From: an uncultured delta proteobacterium
GTDB taxonomy: Bacteria > Desulfobacterota > Syntrophia > Syntrophales > Fen-1087
Assembly (NCBI GenBank): GCA_963708515.1
Contig: CAVPSX010000015.1
Coordinates: 6,396 to 70,395, forward strand
Direction: 5' to 3'
Length of the DNA: 64,000 nt
Of the stretch, positions 10,669-21,259 are shown piece by piece. Under the pieces are notes generated by a model, which saw only the letters and a program-made list of their open reading frames with translations, was not told where the DNA came from and searched no databases. A program made the position numbers and the translations under genes. Position 1 is the stretch's first letter; every line of letters begins with the position of its first letter.

Positions 10669-11676
10669 ATGACCGTAAAGATTCTTTTGGTCTTGGCTTG
10701 TTCTTTGAGCGGACTCTTTATTGCCAACATTTACTATGGTCTCCCGATTGCGATAATTGGTTTATTTATAGGATTTTTAATCGCTTTATTTGTTATCCAG
10801 ATAGAAGAATCGATCCGGAAAGTATCATTACGGATCATCTTTGGCGGGGTTGTCGGGATGATCGTCGGCTTGCTGATCGCCTATCTGCTGGCCTATGGTT
10901 TGAATTTTGTAAGCGTGGAAAAACAACAGATCGTCCCCTGGATTTATGTGTTACTGACAGGCATCATGGCTTATCTGGGCCTTTTGATCGGTTCGAAGAA
11001 AATTGAAGAATTCAGCTTTCGTGGCTTAGGTCAGAGTAGGGACAGCAGCGATCACCGGGTTCTCGACACCAGTGTCATCATTGATGGCCGGATTGCCGAT
11101 ATTGCCGATACGGGTTTTTTGCATGGCAATTTGATTGTGCCGCGATTTGTTCTGGATGAATTGCAGTATATTGCCGATTCCTCCGATTCCTTGAAGCGCT
11201 CCCGTGGCCGGCGAGGGCTTGATATCCTGAACCGGATGCAGCGAAGCGTCGGGATCCATATCGATGTTATGGATCAGGATTTCCCGAAATTAAAAGGGGT
11301 GGACGCAAAATTGGTCGCCCTCGCGAAAAAGATGAACGCCAAAATTGTAACCAATGACTTCAATCTCAACAAGGTTGCCGAACTTCAGGGTATAAAGATT
11401 CTCAACGTCAACGAACTGGCCAATGCCCTCAAACCGGTCGTTCTTCCCGGTGAGACCATGTCCGTCAAAATCATCAAGGAAGGCAAGGAACCGGGACAGG
11501 GCGTTGCCTATCTTGACGACGGAACCATGATCATCGTGGATCATGCACAAAAGCATCAGGGGGCCAATGTCGAGGTCCTGGTCACCAGTGTCCTGCAGAC
11601 AACTGCCGGCCGGATGATATTTTCGGAACTCAAGCACGTTACATCTGAAAAGAAGGTTATCGGGCTGGCGACCTGA
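10669..11676 (+). CDS. PIN/TRAM domain membrane protein (YacL-like)
   Basis: N-terminal TM helices, LDTSVIIDGRI PIN motif, C-terminal TRAM (GVAYLDDGTMIIV...LQTTAGRMIF). Confidence 0.93.
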   Translation: MTVKILLVLACSLSGLFIANIYYGLPIAIIGLFIGFLIALFVIQIEESIRKVSLRIIFGGVVGMIVGLLIAYLLAYGLNFVSVEKQQIVPWIYVLLTGIMAYLGLLIGSKKIEEFSFRGLGQSRDSSDHRVLDTSVIIDGRIADIADTGFLHGNLIVPRFVLDELQYIADSSDSLKRSRGRRGLDILNRMQRSVGIHIDVMDQDFPKLKGVDAKLVALAKKMNAKIVTNDFNLNKVAELQGIKILNVNELANALKPVVLPGETMSVKIIKEGKEPGQGVAYLDDGTMIIVDHAQKHQGANVEVLVTSVLQTTAGRMIFSELKHVTSEKKVIGLAT

Positions 11677-11690
11677 TCGGCACGCAAATG

Positions 11691-11721
11691 AGCCCGGGAA
11701 ATCAACCCCCGGGCTTTTTTT
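11691..11721 (+). terminator. Intrinsic terminator
   Basis: AGCCCGGG-loop-CCCGGGCT followed by a T run. Confidence 0.7.
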
Positions 11722-11831
11722 ATCAATCTCTTAAAACGGCCTGCGCCTCGATGCGTCGCACCCATCAGTTATAGGGCTCGCGTCTCAATCCGGGCGCATC
11801 TGTTACGAGCCAAAAAGAGTATCCAGCAACC

Positions 11832-12516
11832 ATGACAACTGTCGCCATCGTCCCCGCCGCCGGATCCGGCAAAAGAATGCAGGGAAATCTGTCCAAGCAA
11901 TATCTGCCGGTTGACGGCAAGATGATCCTGCTTCACACCCTCTAGCGTTTTCGAGCTTTCGCCGGATATTGATGAGATTATCCTTGTGGCACCCGAGGAA
12001 GATGTCCTGATGGTCCGGCAAATGATTATTGAGTCCCGGGAAATTTCCAAGGTCCGTCATGTTATGGCAGGGGGAAAACAGAGACAGGATTCCGTCCGGA
12101 ACGGGTTGGCCGTCGTCGAGGACCACGCGGATATCGTTTTGATTCACGATGCGGTCCGGCCGTTTATATCAGAGAACTTGATCCGTCAAACCGTTCGGGA
12201 AGCCGAAAAACATGGCGCCGTCACGGTGGGGATGCCGGTGAAGGACACCATCAAGAGGGTTGATCCGGGCGGATGGATCGTCGAGACGATGAACCGGCAG
12301 TTATTATGGATGACGCAGACACCGCAGGCATTCAGACGATCCGTGATTCAGGAAGCCTACCTCAGGGCCGATCAGGATCAGTTTTATGGGACCGATGACG
12401 CCTCGCTGGTTGAACGGATGGGACTCCGGGTCAAGATGATTGCCGCCTCCTATGCGAACATCAAGATCACGACGCCCGAAGATCTTCTCATAGCGGAATT
12501 TCTGATAAAAAAATAA
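11832..12516 (+). CDS. ispD: 2-C-methyl-D-erythritol 4-phosphate cytidylyltransferase; +1 frameshift near 11943
   Basis: [12 protein letters not shown]...KQYL from ATG 11832; [29 protein letters not shown] in the next frame. Confidence 0.93.
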
Positions 12517-12533
12517 AGAGGGGGAGGGATCTG

Positions 12534-13016
12534 ATGAGAATCGGGTTCGGATATGACAGTCATCGCCTGGCGGAGGGGAGAAGACTGGTGCTGGGGGGGG
12601 TGGAAATTCCACATGACAGGGGCCTGCTGGGGCACTCCGACGCCGATGTGCTGGTCCATGCTGTTTGCGATGCCATTCTGGGCGCCCTGGCTGCCGGCGA
12701 TATCGGCCGTCATTTCCCCGATACGGATCCGGCCTATAAAGACATTTCCAGCTTGAAGCTGCTTGAGCACGTCCGGATTTTAGGCGCGCAAAGGGGGTAC
12801 GACATTCATAATGTCGATTCCACCGTCGTTCTGGAACAGCCAAGGATTTCTGAACATATCCCTGTTATGGCGGTGAAACTGGCTGAAACCCTTAAAATTG
12901 CTTTGGAAAGCGTCAATGTGAAAGCTAAAACGAATGAGGGGATGGGCTTTGCCGGACGTCAGGAAGGCATAGCCGCTTATGCGGTGGTGACGATTATCAA
13001 AAGGGAGGATGGATGA
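12534..13016 (+). CDS. ispF: 2-C-methyl-D-erythritol 2,4-cyclodiphosphate synthase
   Basis: [25 protein letters not shown]. Confidence 0.97.
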   Translation: MRIGFGYDSHRLAEGRRLVLGGVEIPHDRGLLGHSDADVLVHAVCDAILGALAAGDIGRHFPDTDPAYKDISSLKLLEHVRILGAQRGYDIHNVDSTVVLEQPRISEHIPVMAVKLAETLKIALESVNVKAKTNEGMGFAGRQEGIAAYAVVTIIKREDG

Positions 13017-14477
13017 CCGTCGAAAAACCGCGTGTCCGGTTCGCTCCCTCGCCGACCGGTGATCTTCATGTGGGTAATGCCAGGACAGCTCTGTTCAACT
13101 ATCTGTTTGCCCGACATCATGGCGGCGAATTCATTCTCCGCATTGAAGATACGGATGCCGTGCGGACGTCAAATCATTCTGAAAGCCGGATCCTCGAGGA
13201 CCTGGCGTGGCTGGCCATCGACTGGGATGAAGGTCCCGGCGCCGGCGGAGAAAAAGGTCCCTATCACCAGCGTGAACGTCTTGATTTGTATGACCATTAT
13301 CTGAAAATACTGATCCGGGCCGGATACGTTTATCCCTGTTACTGCACGGAAGAAGAACTGGAGGCGGAGCGGGCGGAGCTGATTTTCAGAAAAATGATGC
13401 CCCGCTATATGGGAAAGTGCCGGAGCCTGAGCGATTCAGAGCGTAAAAAGCTGGCAGACCAGGGAAGAGAACCGGCTTACCGCTTCCGGACCGGAACAGA
13501 AAGCATCGCGTTCACGGATTTGATCCGGGGCGCCATGAAATTTGACGCCGGGGCAATAGGGGACTTTCATCATCGTCCGTTCCAACGGCATCCCCGCTTA
13601 CAATTTTGCCGTCGTCGTCGATGACCATCTGATGAGCGTCTCCCATGTGATCCGCGGAGAGGACCATCTTTCCAATACGGCCCTGCAGTTTCTGATCTAT
13701 CAGGCCCTCGGTTTCAGGCCGCCCGTCTTTGCCCATCACGCCCTCATTCTGGGAAAAGACCGGTCCAAGCTCAGCAAACGTCACGGATCCGTCACGGTCC
13801 GGGAATTCCGGGAAAGGGGTATCCTGCCGGAGGTGCTCCTGAACTATCTTGCACTGCTTGGCAGTTCCCTCGGCGGCGGACGGGAAGTCTGTTCCCTGGA
13901 GGAAATGATCTCCGCTTTTTCGCTCGATCGCGCCGGAAAGAGCGGGGCCATCTTCGATGAGGACAAACTTAAATGGCTCAACGGGATCTATATGCGCCAG
14001 GGGGATTTGCACAGGTTGACTGAACGATTACTGCCTTTCATCAGGGCTGCCGGTTATGATGTTGATGCCCTTGATCGGATGTGGCTTGAAAGGGTCACGG
14101 ATGCGGTTCGGGGCGATCTCTCGACGTTGTCGGACATAGGGGAGCAGATGGATATTTTTTTTGACGACCGCTATGTCCTTTCCAGCGAGGCGCAGCGACT
14201 TCTCGGGAAAGAACAGGCCCTGACCGTCGTCCGGGCCCTTCAGGAAAGCCTCGACAAGCTGCCCTCCTCCGCGGAACGCTTCTACCAGGAGATCATGGTG
14301 TCTGTCGAAAGAAAGACCGGCGCCAAAGGGAAAAAACTCTTCATGCCGATTCGCGCTGCCGTAACCGGGAAAACAAGGGGGCCGGAACTGGACAGGGTAT
14401 TTGCGATTTTGAGCCCCGCCTCCCTGAAGTATCGGGTCGAAATAGCGATCAGCGGTCTGTCGGGGACAAACCGCTGA
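13013..14477 (+). CDS. gltX: Glutamate--tRNA ligase; +1 frameshift near 13565
   Basis: [14 protein letters not shown] (HIGH), RIEDTD, CYC Zn motif, then HVIRGEDH and KLSKR in the second frame. Confidence 0.95.
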
Positions 14478-14538
14478 TCGTCGGGAACGACCACCACGAT
14501 ACAAAATTCCTCTTTGAAAAAACCCGCCTGAACCGCTT

Positions 14539-16107
14539 TTACAGCGGAATGTTGTTATGCTTCTTCGACAACCGGACCTCTGTTTTGTCTTTGAGCGCAT
14601 CCAACAGCATCACCACCCGTTTGCGGGTATCGCGGGGGGCGATGATCTCTTCGATGATGCCCATGCCGGCCGCGAAGTAGGGGTTATTAAACTGGTCTTC
14701 ATACGAAGCAACCAGCTCCGCGCGCTTGGCGGCAGGATCTTCTGCAGAAGCAATCTCCCTGCGATAGATAATGTTGCAGGCGCCCTCGGCGCCCATCACA
14801 GCGATTTCTGCCGATGGCCAGGCCATCACATAATCCGCTCCCAGATACTTGCTGCACATGCCGATATAGGCGCCGCCGTAATCCTTGCGCGTCACCACGG
14901 TGATTTTCGGAACCGTCGCTTCCGAATAGGCATGAAGCAACTTGGCGCCGTGGCTGATGATGCCCGACCATTCCTGATTCGTGCCGGGCATATAGCCGGG
15001 AACATCCGAGAAGGTCAGCAGGGGGATGTTGAAGGCGTCGCAGAAGCGGATAAAGCGGGAGGCCTTGTCCGATGCGTTGACATCCAGCACGCCGGCCCCG
15101 AACTTCGAATTATTGGCAATAACGCCGACCGTCCGGCCCATGATCCGGATGAACGCGACGAGCATGTTTTTCGCCCACATCTCATGTGGTTCGAAGATTT
15201 CGTTTTGATCGGCTACCGCCATCACGACCTTCTTCATGTCGTAGCCGCGCGTGGCCTTGTCCGGAATGATCCCGTCCAGTTCCGGGCATTCCCGCTCCGG
15301 ACTGTCCGAGCAGGCCGCCGGTGGCAGGGTGCTGTGGCAACTGTCGGGCAGATAAGACAGCAGCATCTTGACTTTATTGATACAATCTTCGTCATTTTCC
15401 GTGGCAAAATGGCAAACGCCGCTTTTGGTCGCATGGGCCACGGCGCCGCCGAGTTCATCGTGCGTGACCTCTTCGCCGATGACGGCCTTGATCACATCGG
15501 GACCCGTAATGTACATGTAACTGGTCTTCTTGACCATGAAGACCCAGTCCGTCAGGGCCGGTGAATAAACGGCGCCGCCCGCCGTGGGCCCCATGATCGC
15601 CGTGATCTGGGGAATATATCCGGAACCGATCGTATTGCGGTAAAAGATGCCGCCGTAGCCGTCCAGGGCCGGGACGCCTTCCTGAATCCGGGCGCCGCCG
15701 GAATCATTCATGGACACGAAGGGTTTGCGCGCATCAAGGGCCATGTCCATGATCTTCCAGATTTTCCTGGCGTGCATTTCGCCGAGACTGCCGCCGGAAC
15801 TGGTAAAATCCTGCGCAGCGGTAAAGACAGTGCGTCCGTTGACCTTTCCGAAACCGACAATTACGCCGTCTGCATGGATTTCTTTCTTGTCCAGGCCAAA
15901 CAGGGACGAGCGGTGTTTTACGAAAAGCTGCACTTCCTGAAATGTGCCCGGATCGAAAAACCTGTCCAGCCTTTCCCGGGCCGTGAGTTTGCCGAGTTCA
16001 TGCTGCTTGGCGATCATCTTCTCGCCGCCCATTTTCATGAGGGCTTCCTTCTTGGCTTCAAAGGCCTTGATTTTTGCCTGTGTTCCCTTCAATTCTTCCG
16101 TTCCCAT
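14539..16107 (-). CDS. Acyl-CoA carboxyltransferase subunit (PccB/MmdA-like)
   Basis: DSGGARIQEG, AGGAVYSPALTD, DVPGYMPG, KKHNNIPL. Confidence 0.93.
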   Translation of the reverse strand: MGTEELKGTQAKIKAFEAKKEALMKMGGEKMIAKQHELGKLTARERLDRFFDPGTFQEVQLFVKHRSSLFGLDKKEIHADGVIVGFGKVNGRTVFTAAQDFTSSGGSLGEMHARKIWKIMDMALDARKPFVSMNDSGGARIQEGVPALDGYGGIFYRNTIGSGYIPQITAIMGPTAGGAVYSPALTDWVFMVKKTSYMYITGPDVIKAVIGEEVTHDELGGAVAHATKSGVCHFATENDEDCINKVKMLLSYLPDSCHSTLPPAACSDSPERECPELDGIIPDKATRGYDMKKVVMAVADQNEIFEPHEMWAKNMLVAFIRIMGRTVGVIANNSKFGAGVLDVNASDKASRFIRFCDAFNIPLLTFSDVPGYMPGTNQEWSGIISHGAKLLHAYSEATVPKITVVTRKDYGGAYIGMCSKYLGADYVMAWPSAEIAVMGAEGACNIIYRREIASAEDPAAKRAELVASYEDQFNNPYFAAGMGIIEEIIAPRDTRKRVVMLLDALKDKTEVRLSKKHNNIPL

Positions 16108-16132
16108 AACTTCTGCGTCTCCTTTGATTATT

Positions 16133-16159
16133 GGGGGACAGATTTCAAATCTGTCCCCC
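16133..16159. repeat. Perfect palindrome GGGGGACAGATTT-C-AAATCTGTCCCCC
   Basis: 13-bp arms with 1-nt spacer, between divergent genes. Confidence 0.85.
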
Positions 16160-16343
16160 TTTGGGTGATTTCCGTCTTGACCTCGAAGTCTCCTTGAGAT
16201 ATGTACCCAGCAGCCAGGCTATTCCCGCAGAGCGGCCATGCCTGGCAAGGAATGTGTGTGCTACATCCGATGGGCATTATGAACAGGCTTCGAATTTCGG
16301 GGCGCCACATAGCACGTTTGGGATTAAGTTGCAAGGGGGATCA

Positions 16344-17537
16344 ATGATATTTATCGACCAAATAGACATCAGGGAGAAAAAAGTCCTGTTCAGATTTGAT
16401 TTCAATGTGCCTCTGGACAATAACCTGAAAATTACCGACGATACGAGGATCCGGGCCATTCTGCCCACGTTGAACCATGCCCTGGATGAAAACGCCCGGA
16501 TCATCGTCATGTCTCATCTCGGCCGTCCCAAGGGTAAACCGGTTCCGGAGATGAGTTTGGCCCCCGTAGCGAAAAGATTGTCGCGACTGCTGGGCAAGCA
16601 GGTGACAATGGCCGCTGATTGCGTAGGACCGGATGTGATGAAACTGGTTCAGGCCATGAACCCCGGAGACGTGGTCCTGCTCGAAAATCTGCGTTTTCAC
16701 CCGGAAGAGGAGAAGAACGAAGAGGGTTTCGCAAAGGAACTGGCCCATTTCGCCGATGTCTATGTTGACGATGCGTTCGGCAATGTCCATCGCAGCCACG
16801 CATCCAATGTGGGGATTACCCGGTTCATTAAAACCTGTGCGGCCGGTTTTTTAATCAAGAAAGAACTCAACTATCTGATCCGGGCGGTTGAGAACCCGGT
16901 GAGACCTTTCGTGGCGATCATCGGCGGCTCCAAGGTGTCGGGCAAGTTGGAGGCCCTGATCAATCTGGTTGAGAAGGTGGATAAGCTCATCATTGGCGGC
17001 GGGATGGCCTTCACGTTCCTCAAGGCGCTCGGATACGATGTCGGCCGATCCATTGTTGAAGATGACCTGATCGACAAAGCGCGGCAGATCATGGAAACGG
17101 CCAGAAAGCTACGAGTCAAACTCTATCTTCCCGTGGATTGCGTCATTGCCGAAAACCGGAGCGCCGATGCGGAAAGCAAAATTGTTCCGATCCAGGAGAT
17201 GAACGACCACTGGATGGGTCTGGATATCGGCCCGGCCACCATCACGCTGTTTACGGAGGCCCTCGGCAACGCCAAGACGATCGTCTGGAACGGTCCCATG
17301 GGCGTATATGAATTGGACGCCTTCAGCCGTGGAACGACGGCCATGGTCCACAGTGTGGCCAATTCCTATGCGCTGACCATCGTGGGCGGCGGCGATACGG
17401 ATGTGGCGGTCCACAAGACAGGAGAGAGCGACAAGATTACGTTCATTTCCACGGGGGGCGGCGCCTGTCTGGAACTGCTGGAGGGTAAGACCCTCCCGGC
17501 GATCAAGGCCCTGGAAGAATGCGGTGAAAGGGCGTAG
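16344..17537 (+). CDS. pgk: Phosphoglycerate kinase
   Basis: [36 protein letters not shown]. Confidence 0.97.
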   Translation: MIFIDQIDIREKKVLFRFDFNVPLDNNLKITDDTRIRAILPTLNHALDENARIIVMSHLGRPKGKPVPEMSLAPVAKRLSRLLGKQVTMAADCVGPDVMKLVQAMNPGDVVLLENLRFHPEEEKNEEGFAKELAHFADVYVDDAFGNVHRSHASNVGITRFIKTCAAGFLIKKELNYLIRAVENPVRPFVAIIGGSKVSGKLEALINLVEKVDKLIIGGGMAFTFLKALGYDVGRSIVEDDLIDKARQIMETARKLRVKLYLPVDCVIAENRSADAESKIVPIQEMNDHWMGLDIGPATITLFTEALGNAKTIVWNGPMGVYELDAFSRGTTAMVHSVANSYALTIVGGGDTDVAVHKTGESDKITFISTGGGACLELLEGKTLPAIKALEECGERA

Positions 17538-17627
17538 AAATGGGGACTGCTTAAGACCCTTCCTGCGGCTGCAACCTGGGCTTTTCGGAGCCATCGTCCC
17601 TTATCTTCAAAGACCGGACAGATCCTC

Positions 17628-18365
17628 ATGCGCACCCTCAGGATGATCCTGGAGTACGACGGCACGGTCTATCACGGCTGGCAGCGCCAGGCCAACGGCC
17701 TGACGATACAGCAGGTTATTGAGGAAAAAATAGCGGTCATCACCGGCGAAAAGGTCAAGGTCATTGGCTCGGGAAGGACGGACGCCGGTGTCCATGCTTT
17801 GGGCCAGGTTGCCCATTTCAAGACGGCCGCGACTATTCCGGTTGTCCATTTTCTGAAAGCACTCAACAGCGTCCTTCCCAGAGATATTGCCGTAAGGGCC
17901 ATGCAGGAAGTCGATCCATCCTTTCATGCGCGCTATGACGCCAAGAGCAAGGTTTATCTGTATCAAATCGTCAATGGGCACGTCCGTCCGGTCCTGTTGC
18001 GTCAATATGCCTGGTTTGTCCCCGGATCGCTCGATCTGGCATGCATGCGCGAGGCCGCCGTCCATTTCATGGGGACCCACGATTTTTCGTCTTTTTGCTC
18101 TGCCCATAGCGATGCACCGGACCATATCCGAACCATTACGGACATCCAGATCGGGACGGGATCACAGGGGCTCATCAAGATTGCGATAGAGGCGGACGGC
18201 TTTCTACGACATATGGTCAGGGGGATCGTCGGAACCCTTGTGGATATAGGCCGAGGCAAACGATTTGCTTCCGACTTGCAGGAAATCCTGCATGCAAAAG
18301 ACCGGCGACAGGGGGGGGTGAACGCGCCGCCCCATGGATTGTTCCTGAAAGATGTGAGATATTGA
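17628..18365 (+). CDS. truA: tRNA pseudouridine(38-40) synthase
   Basis: YDGTVYHGWQRQ, GRTDAGVHALGQ, FHARY, FLRHMVR. Confidence 0.96.
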   Translation: MRTLRMILEYDGTVYHGWQRQANGLTIQQVIEEKIAVITGEKVKVIGSGRTDAGVHALGQVAHFKTAATIPVVHFLKALNSVLPRDIAVRAMQEVDPSFHARYDAKSKVYLYQIVNGHVRPVLLRQYAWFVPGSLDLACMREAAVHFMGTHDFSSFCSAHSDAPDHIRTITDIQIGTGSQGLIKIAIEADGFLRHMVRGIVGTLVDIGRGKRFASDLQEILHAKDRRQGGVNAPPHGLFLKDVRY

Positions 18366-18371
18366 GCGGAT

Positions 18372-20192
18372 ATGGGCCAAGAACAGATCTTGTCCGGAAA
18401 AATCGTCAGACTCTCCGAAGCCTTGACCCATAAAATCGCGGCGGGGGAAGTCATCGAGCGGCCGGCATCCATTGTCAAGGAGTTGCTGGAAAACGCCCTG
18501 GATGCCGGAGCGACGGACGTCCGGATCGAGCTCACGAAAGGCGGTTGCGGTATGATCCGCATCACCGACAACGGCGAGGGATTCGCGCCTGCCGATGTGC
18601 CGATGGCTTTCGAGCGATATGCCACGAGCAAAATCTATGAATTTGACGACATCTACAAGGTCAGGACCTTCGGCTTCCGCGGCGAGGCCCTGCCCAGCAT
18701 CGCCGCCATTGCACGCGTGGAAATGACGACAAGAGCCAGGGGCGCGCTCTCGGGCAAGCGGGTGGTGGTGACGGCCGGACGCATCGGGGAGATCATGGAT
18801 GCGGGCTGTCCGGAAGGCACGACGTTCACCGTGACCGAGATCTTTGACCCAGTTCCGGTCCGGAAAAAATTTCTCAAGACAGATTCCACGGAACAGGGGT
18901 ATTGCATGGATGTTGTGACACGGACGGCTCTGGCGCATCCGCATGTGAGAATCCAGGTCACGGCCAACGGCAGGGAGGTCTTGAAAATACCTGCCACGGG
19001 TGATCTTTCCGAACGCATGGCTCTGATCCTGGGCATGGATGTGGTGGAGCAGCTTCTGCCTGTTCAGGCCGTGAGGGACGATGCAAGGCTGCAGGGCTTC
19101 ATCTCCAGGCCACCGTTCACGCGCTCCCAAGCCAGGCAACTCTACAGCTTTGTCAATGGGCGCTATATCCGGGATTACCTTCTGAATCATGCGGTCATGA
19201 CGGCTTACCGGCATCTGATCGAGCCCCGGAGATATCCGGCGGCGGTCCTGTTGCTCGACTTGCCCCCGCAGGATGTGGACGTCAATGTCCATCCGGCCAA
19301 AATGGAAGTCCGCTTCCGTCATCCACGAGAAATCTACGGCATGATCGTCGAGACGTTGGCACAGGTCCTGGCGCAGCCCTCGCCCGCGCCTGAATCCGGC
19401 CTGTATCGGGAGGCCGCAGACCCACGGCGGACAGTGGATTACCGCCACCGCGTTGAAGATGCGCTTAAACGCTACCGGCTTCCCTCATCCGGGGGGAAGC
19501 TCTCCTTTACGGAAGCGATCCGGCAGGGACCCCGGGAATTGTTTCCTGCGCCCATTGATCGCGGCGCCGGTGAGATTCCCTTGCAGATGTCCTGCAGGCC
19601 GGCGGATGCGTTCAAATTCGGCAATATGGCGTATCTGGGCCAGGTTGCCTGCACCTATCTCGTCTTTTCGACGCCGGAAGGGATCGTCGTGCTGGATCAG
19701 CATGCCGCCCATGAGCGGGTTCTGTTCGAGAAATTCAGAAAAAGTCGTGGCACCCACGGCAACGCCCAGCGGATGCTGATTCCGGAAGTTCTGACCCTTA
19801 CACAAAAAGATTTTGTTTTATTGGAAGAATTATTGCCGATGCTTGAGAGAGCGGGGATCGAAGCGGAGTCTTTTGGCGGCAATTCAGTGGTGATCCGGTC
19901 CGTTCCCGTGATCTGTTCCGCTCTGGATGCCCGCGCCGTGATCCTGGACCTGCTGGGGTCGCTCTCCGGCAGCGACCGGTTGTCGGGCCTCGAGGAACGG
20001 CAGGATAAGATCTTCACCCTTCTGGCCTGTAAGGCCGCCGTCAAGGCGAATCAGCACCTGACACCGCCGGAGGTCGCGGCATTATGCCGTGACCTCGATG
20101 AAACACCTTATGCGGCGACGTGCCCCCATGGCAGGCCGCTATATATCTTTATGGACCTGGCAGAGCTGGAAAAAAGATTCAAACGAACATGA
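18372..20192 (+). CDS. mutL: DNA mismatch repair endonuclease MutL
   Basis: IAAGEVIERP, GFRGEAL, DQHAAHERVLFE, CPHGRP. Confidence 0.97.
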   Translation: MGQEQILSGKIVRLSEALTHKIAAGEVIERPASIVKELLENALDAGATDVRIELTKGGCGMIRITDNGEGFAPADVPMAFERYATSKIYEFDDIYKVRTFGFRGEALPSIAAIARVEMTTRARGALSGKRVVVTAGRIGEIMDAGCPEGTTFTVTEIFDPVPVRKKFLKTDSTEQGYCMDVVTRTALAHPHVRIQVTANGREVLKIPATGDLSERMALILGMDVVEQLLPVQAVRDDARLQGFISRPPFTRSQARQLYSFVNGRYIRDYLLNHAVMTAYRHLIEPRRYPAAVLLLDLPPQDVDVNVHPAKMEVRFRHPREIYGMIVETLAQVLAQPSPAPESGLYREAADPRRTVDYRHRVEDALKRYRLPSSGGKLSFTEAIRQGPRELFPAPIDRGAGEIPLQMSCRPADAFKFGNMAYLGQVACTYLVFSTPEGIVVLDQHAAHERVLFEKFRKSRGTHGNAQRMLIPEVLTLTQKDFVLLEELLPMLERAGIEAESFGGNSVVIRSVPVICSALDARAVILDLLGSLSGSDRLSGLEERQDKIFTLLACKAAVKANQHLTPPEVAALCRDLDETPYAATCPHGRPLYIFMDLAELEKRFKRT

Positions 20193-21163
20193 CCGTCTGT
20201 GCTTCTAAACCCCGCCTGATTGTCCTTGCCGGGCCGACCGGTATCGGAAAGACCGAACTGGCCCTCCATCTGGCAGCGGCAGCAGGCGGGGAAATCATCA
20301 GCGCCGACGCCATGCAGGTATATCGCCTGATGGATATCGGCACGGCCAAGCCCACGGCTCGGCAGCGCGCGCTGGTCAGACACCATTTGCTGGACGTGGT
20401 CGACCCGGATGAGCCCTTCAACGCCTCGCTGTTCATCAAACACGCTCAACCCGTCATCGAGGCGATGCATGCTCAGCGCAAGCCCGTCTTTGTCGTGGGC
20501 GGCACAGGACTGTACATCAGGGCCCTGCTGGGCGGGTTGTTCGCCGGGCCCGAAGCCGATGAAACCCTCAGGGCATCCTACCGGGAGGTGCTGTCGGCGC
20601 ATGGTCCCGCCTGCCTGTATGCAGAACTGAAAAGGAAGGATGAACAGGCGGCTCGACGGATCCATCCCCGCGATGCGGTGCGCATCATACGGGCACTGGA
20701 AGTCTTCGAATTAAGCGGAGAATCGATTGTGGAACAACATCGACAGCACCATTTCAGCGGGCGGCGTTACGACTGTCTGAAGATCGGGCTCAAGCTGGAG
20801 AGGCAGTCCCTGTTCGACAGGATCGGGCAGCGGACCGATCAGATGATGGCGGGAGGCTTTGTCGAGGAAGTCCGCTGCCTGCTTGCGATGGGCTATGCTG
20901 AAACGTTGAAGCCCATGCAATCGCTGGGTTACAGGCATATTGTCCGCTATCTCAAAGGATTGAATGATCTTCCGGAAGCGGTTCCTGCCATCAAAGGCGA
21001 TACCCGGCGCTACGCAAAAAGGCAGATGACCTGGTTTGGGTCGGATCGGGAAATGATCTGGTTCAGGCCGGATGACCGGGATGCCATTGCGAAAATCGTG
21101 GTGTCTTTTCTGTCTGAAGGATCTGATCAGAACATTCCAAGCCCTCAAAATAGCTTGACTTGA
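20189..21163 (+). CDS. miaA: tRNA dimethylallyltransferase
   Basis: GPTGIGKT, DAMQVYR, VGGTGLY, YAKRQMTW; overlaps the mutL stop. Confidence 0.96.
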   Translation: MTVCASKPRLIVLAGPTGIGKTELALHLAAAAGGEIISADAMQVYRLMDIGTAKPTARQRALVRHHLLDVVDPDEPFNASLFIKHAQPVIEAMHAQRKPVFVVGGTGLYIRALLGGLFAGPEADETLRASYREVLSAHGPACLYAELKRKDEQAARRIHPRDAVRIIRALEVFELSGESIVEQHRQHHFSGRRYDCLKIGLKLERQSLFDRIGQRTDQMMAGGFVEEVRCLLAMGYAETLKPMQSLGYRHIVRYLKGLNDLPEAVPAIKGDTRRYAKRQMTWFGSDREMIWFRPDDRDAIAKIVVSFLSEGSDQNIPSPQNSLT

Positions 21164-21259
21164 AATAGCGATAAAGATAATTTAGCGGCCATTTGGCCAA
21201 CAGTATGAACAGGGTTTTTTATTTTTGCAGGGTCGTCAGGTTGATCACGGGGAGGATGA

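Noticed and set aside
11940..11948. TAG in ispD read as pyrrolysine or stop read-through
   Set aside because: The downstream half lies in a different frame, so this is a frameshift, not an in-frame stop
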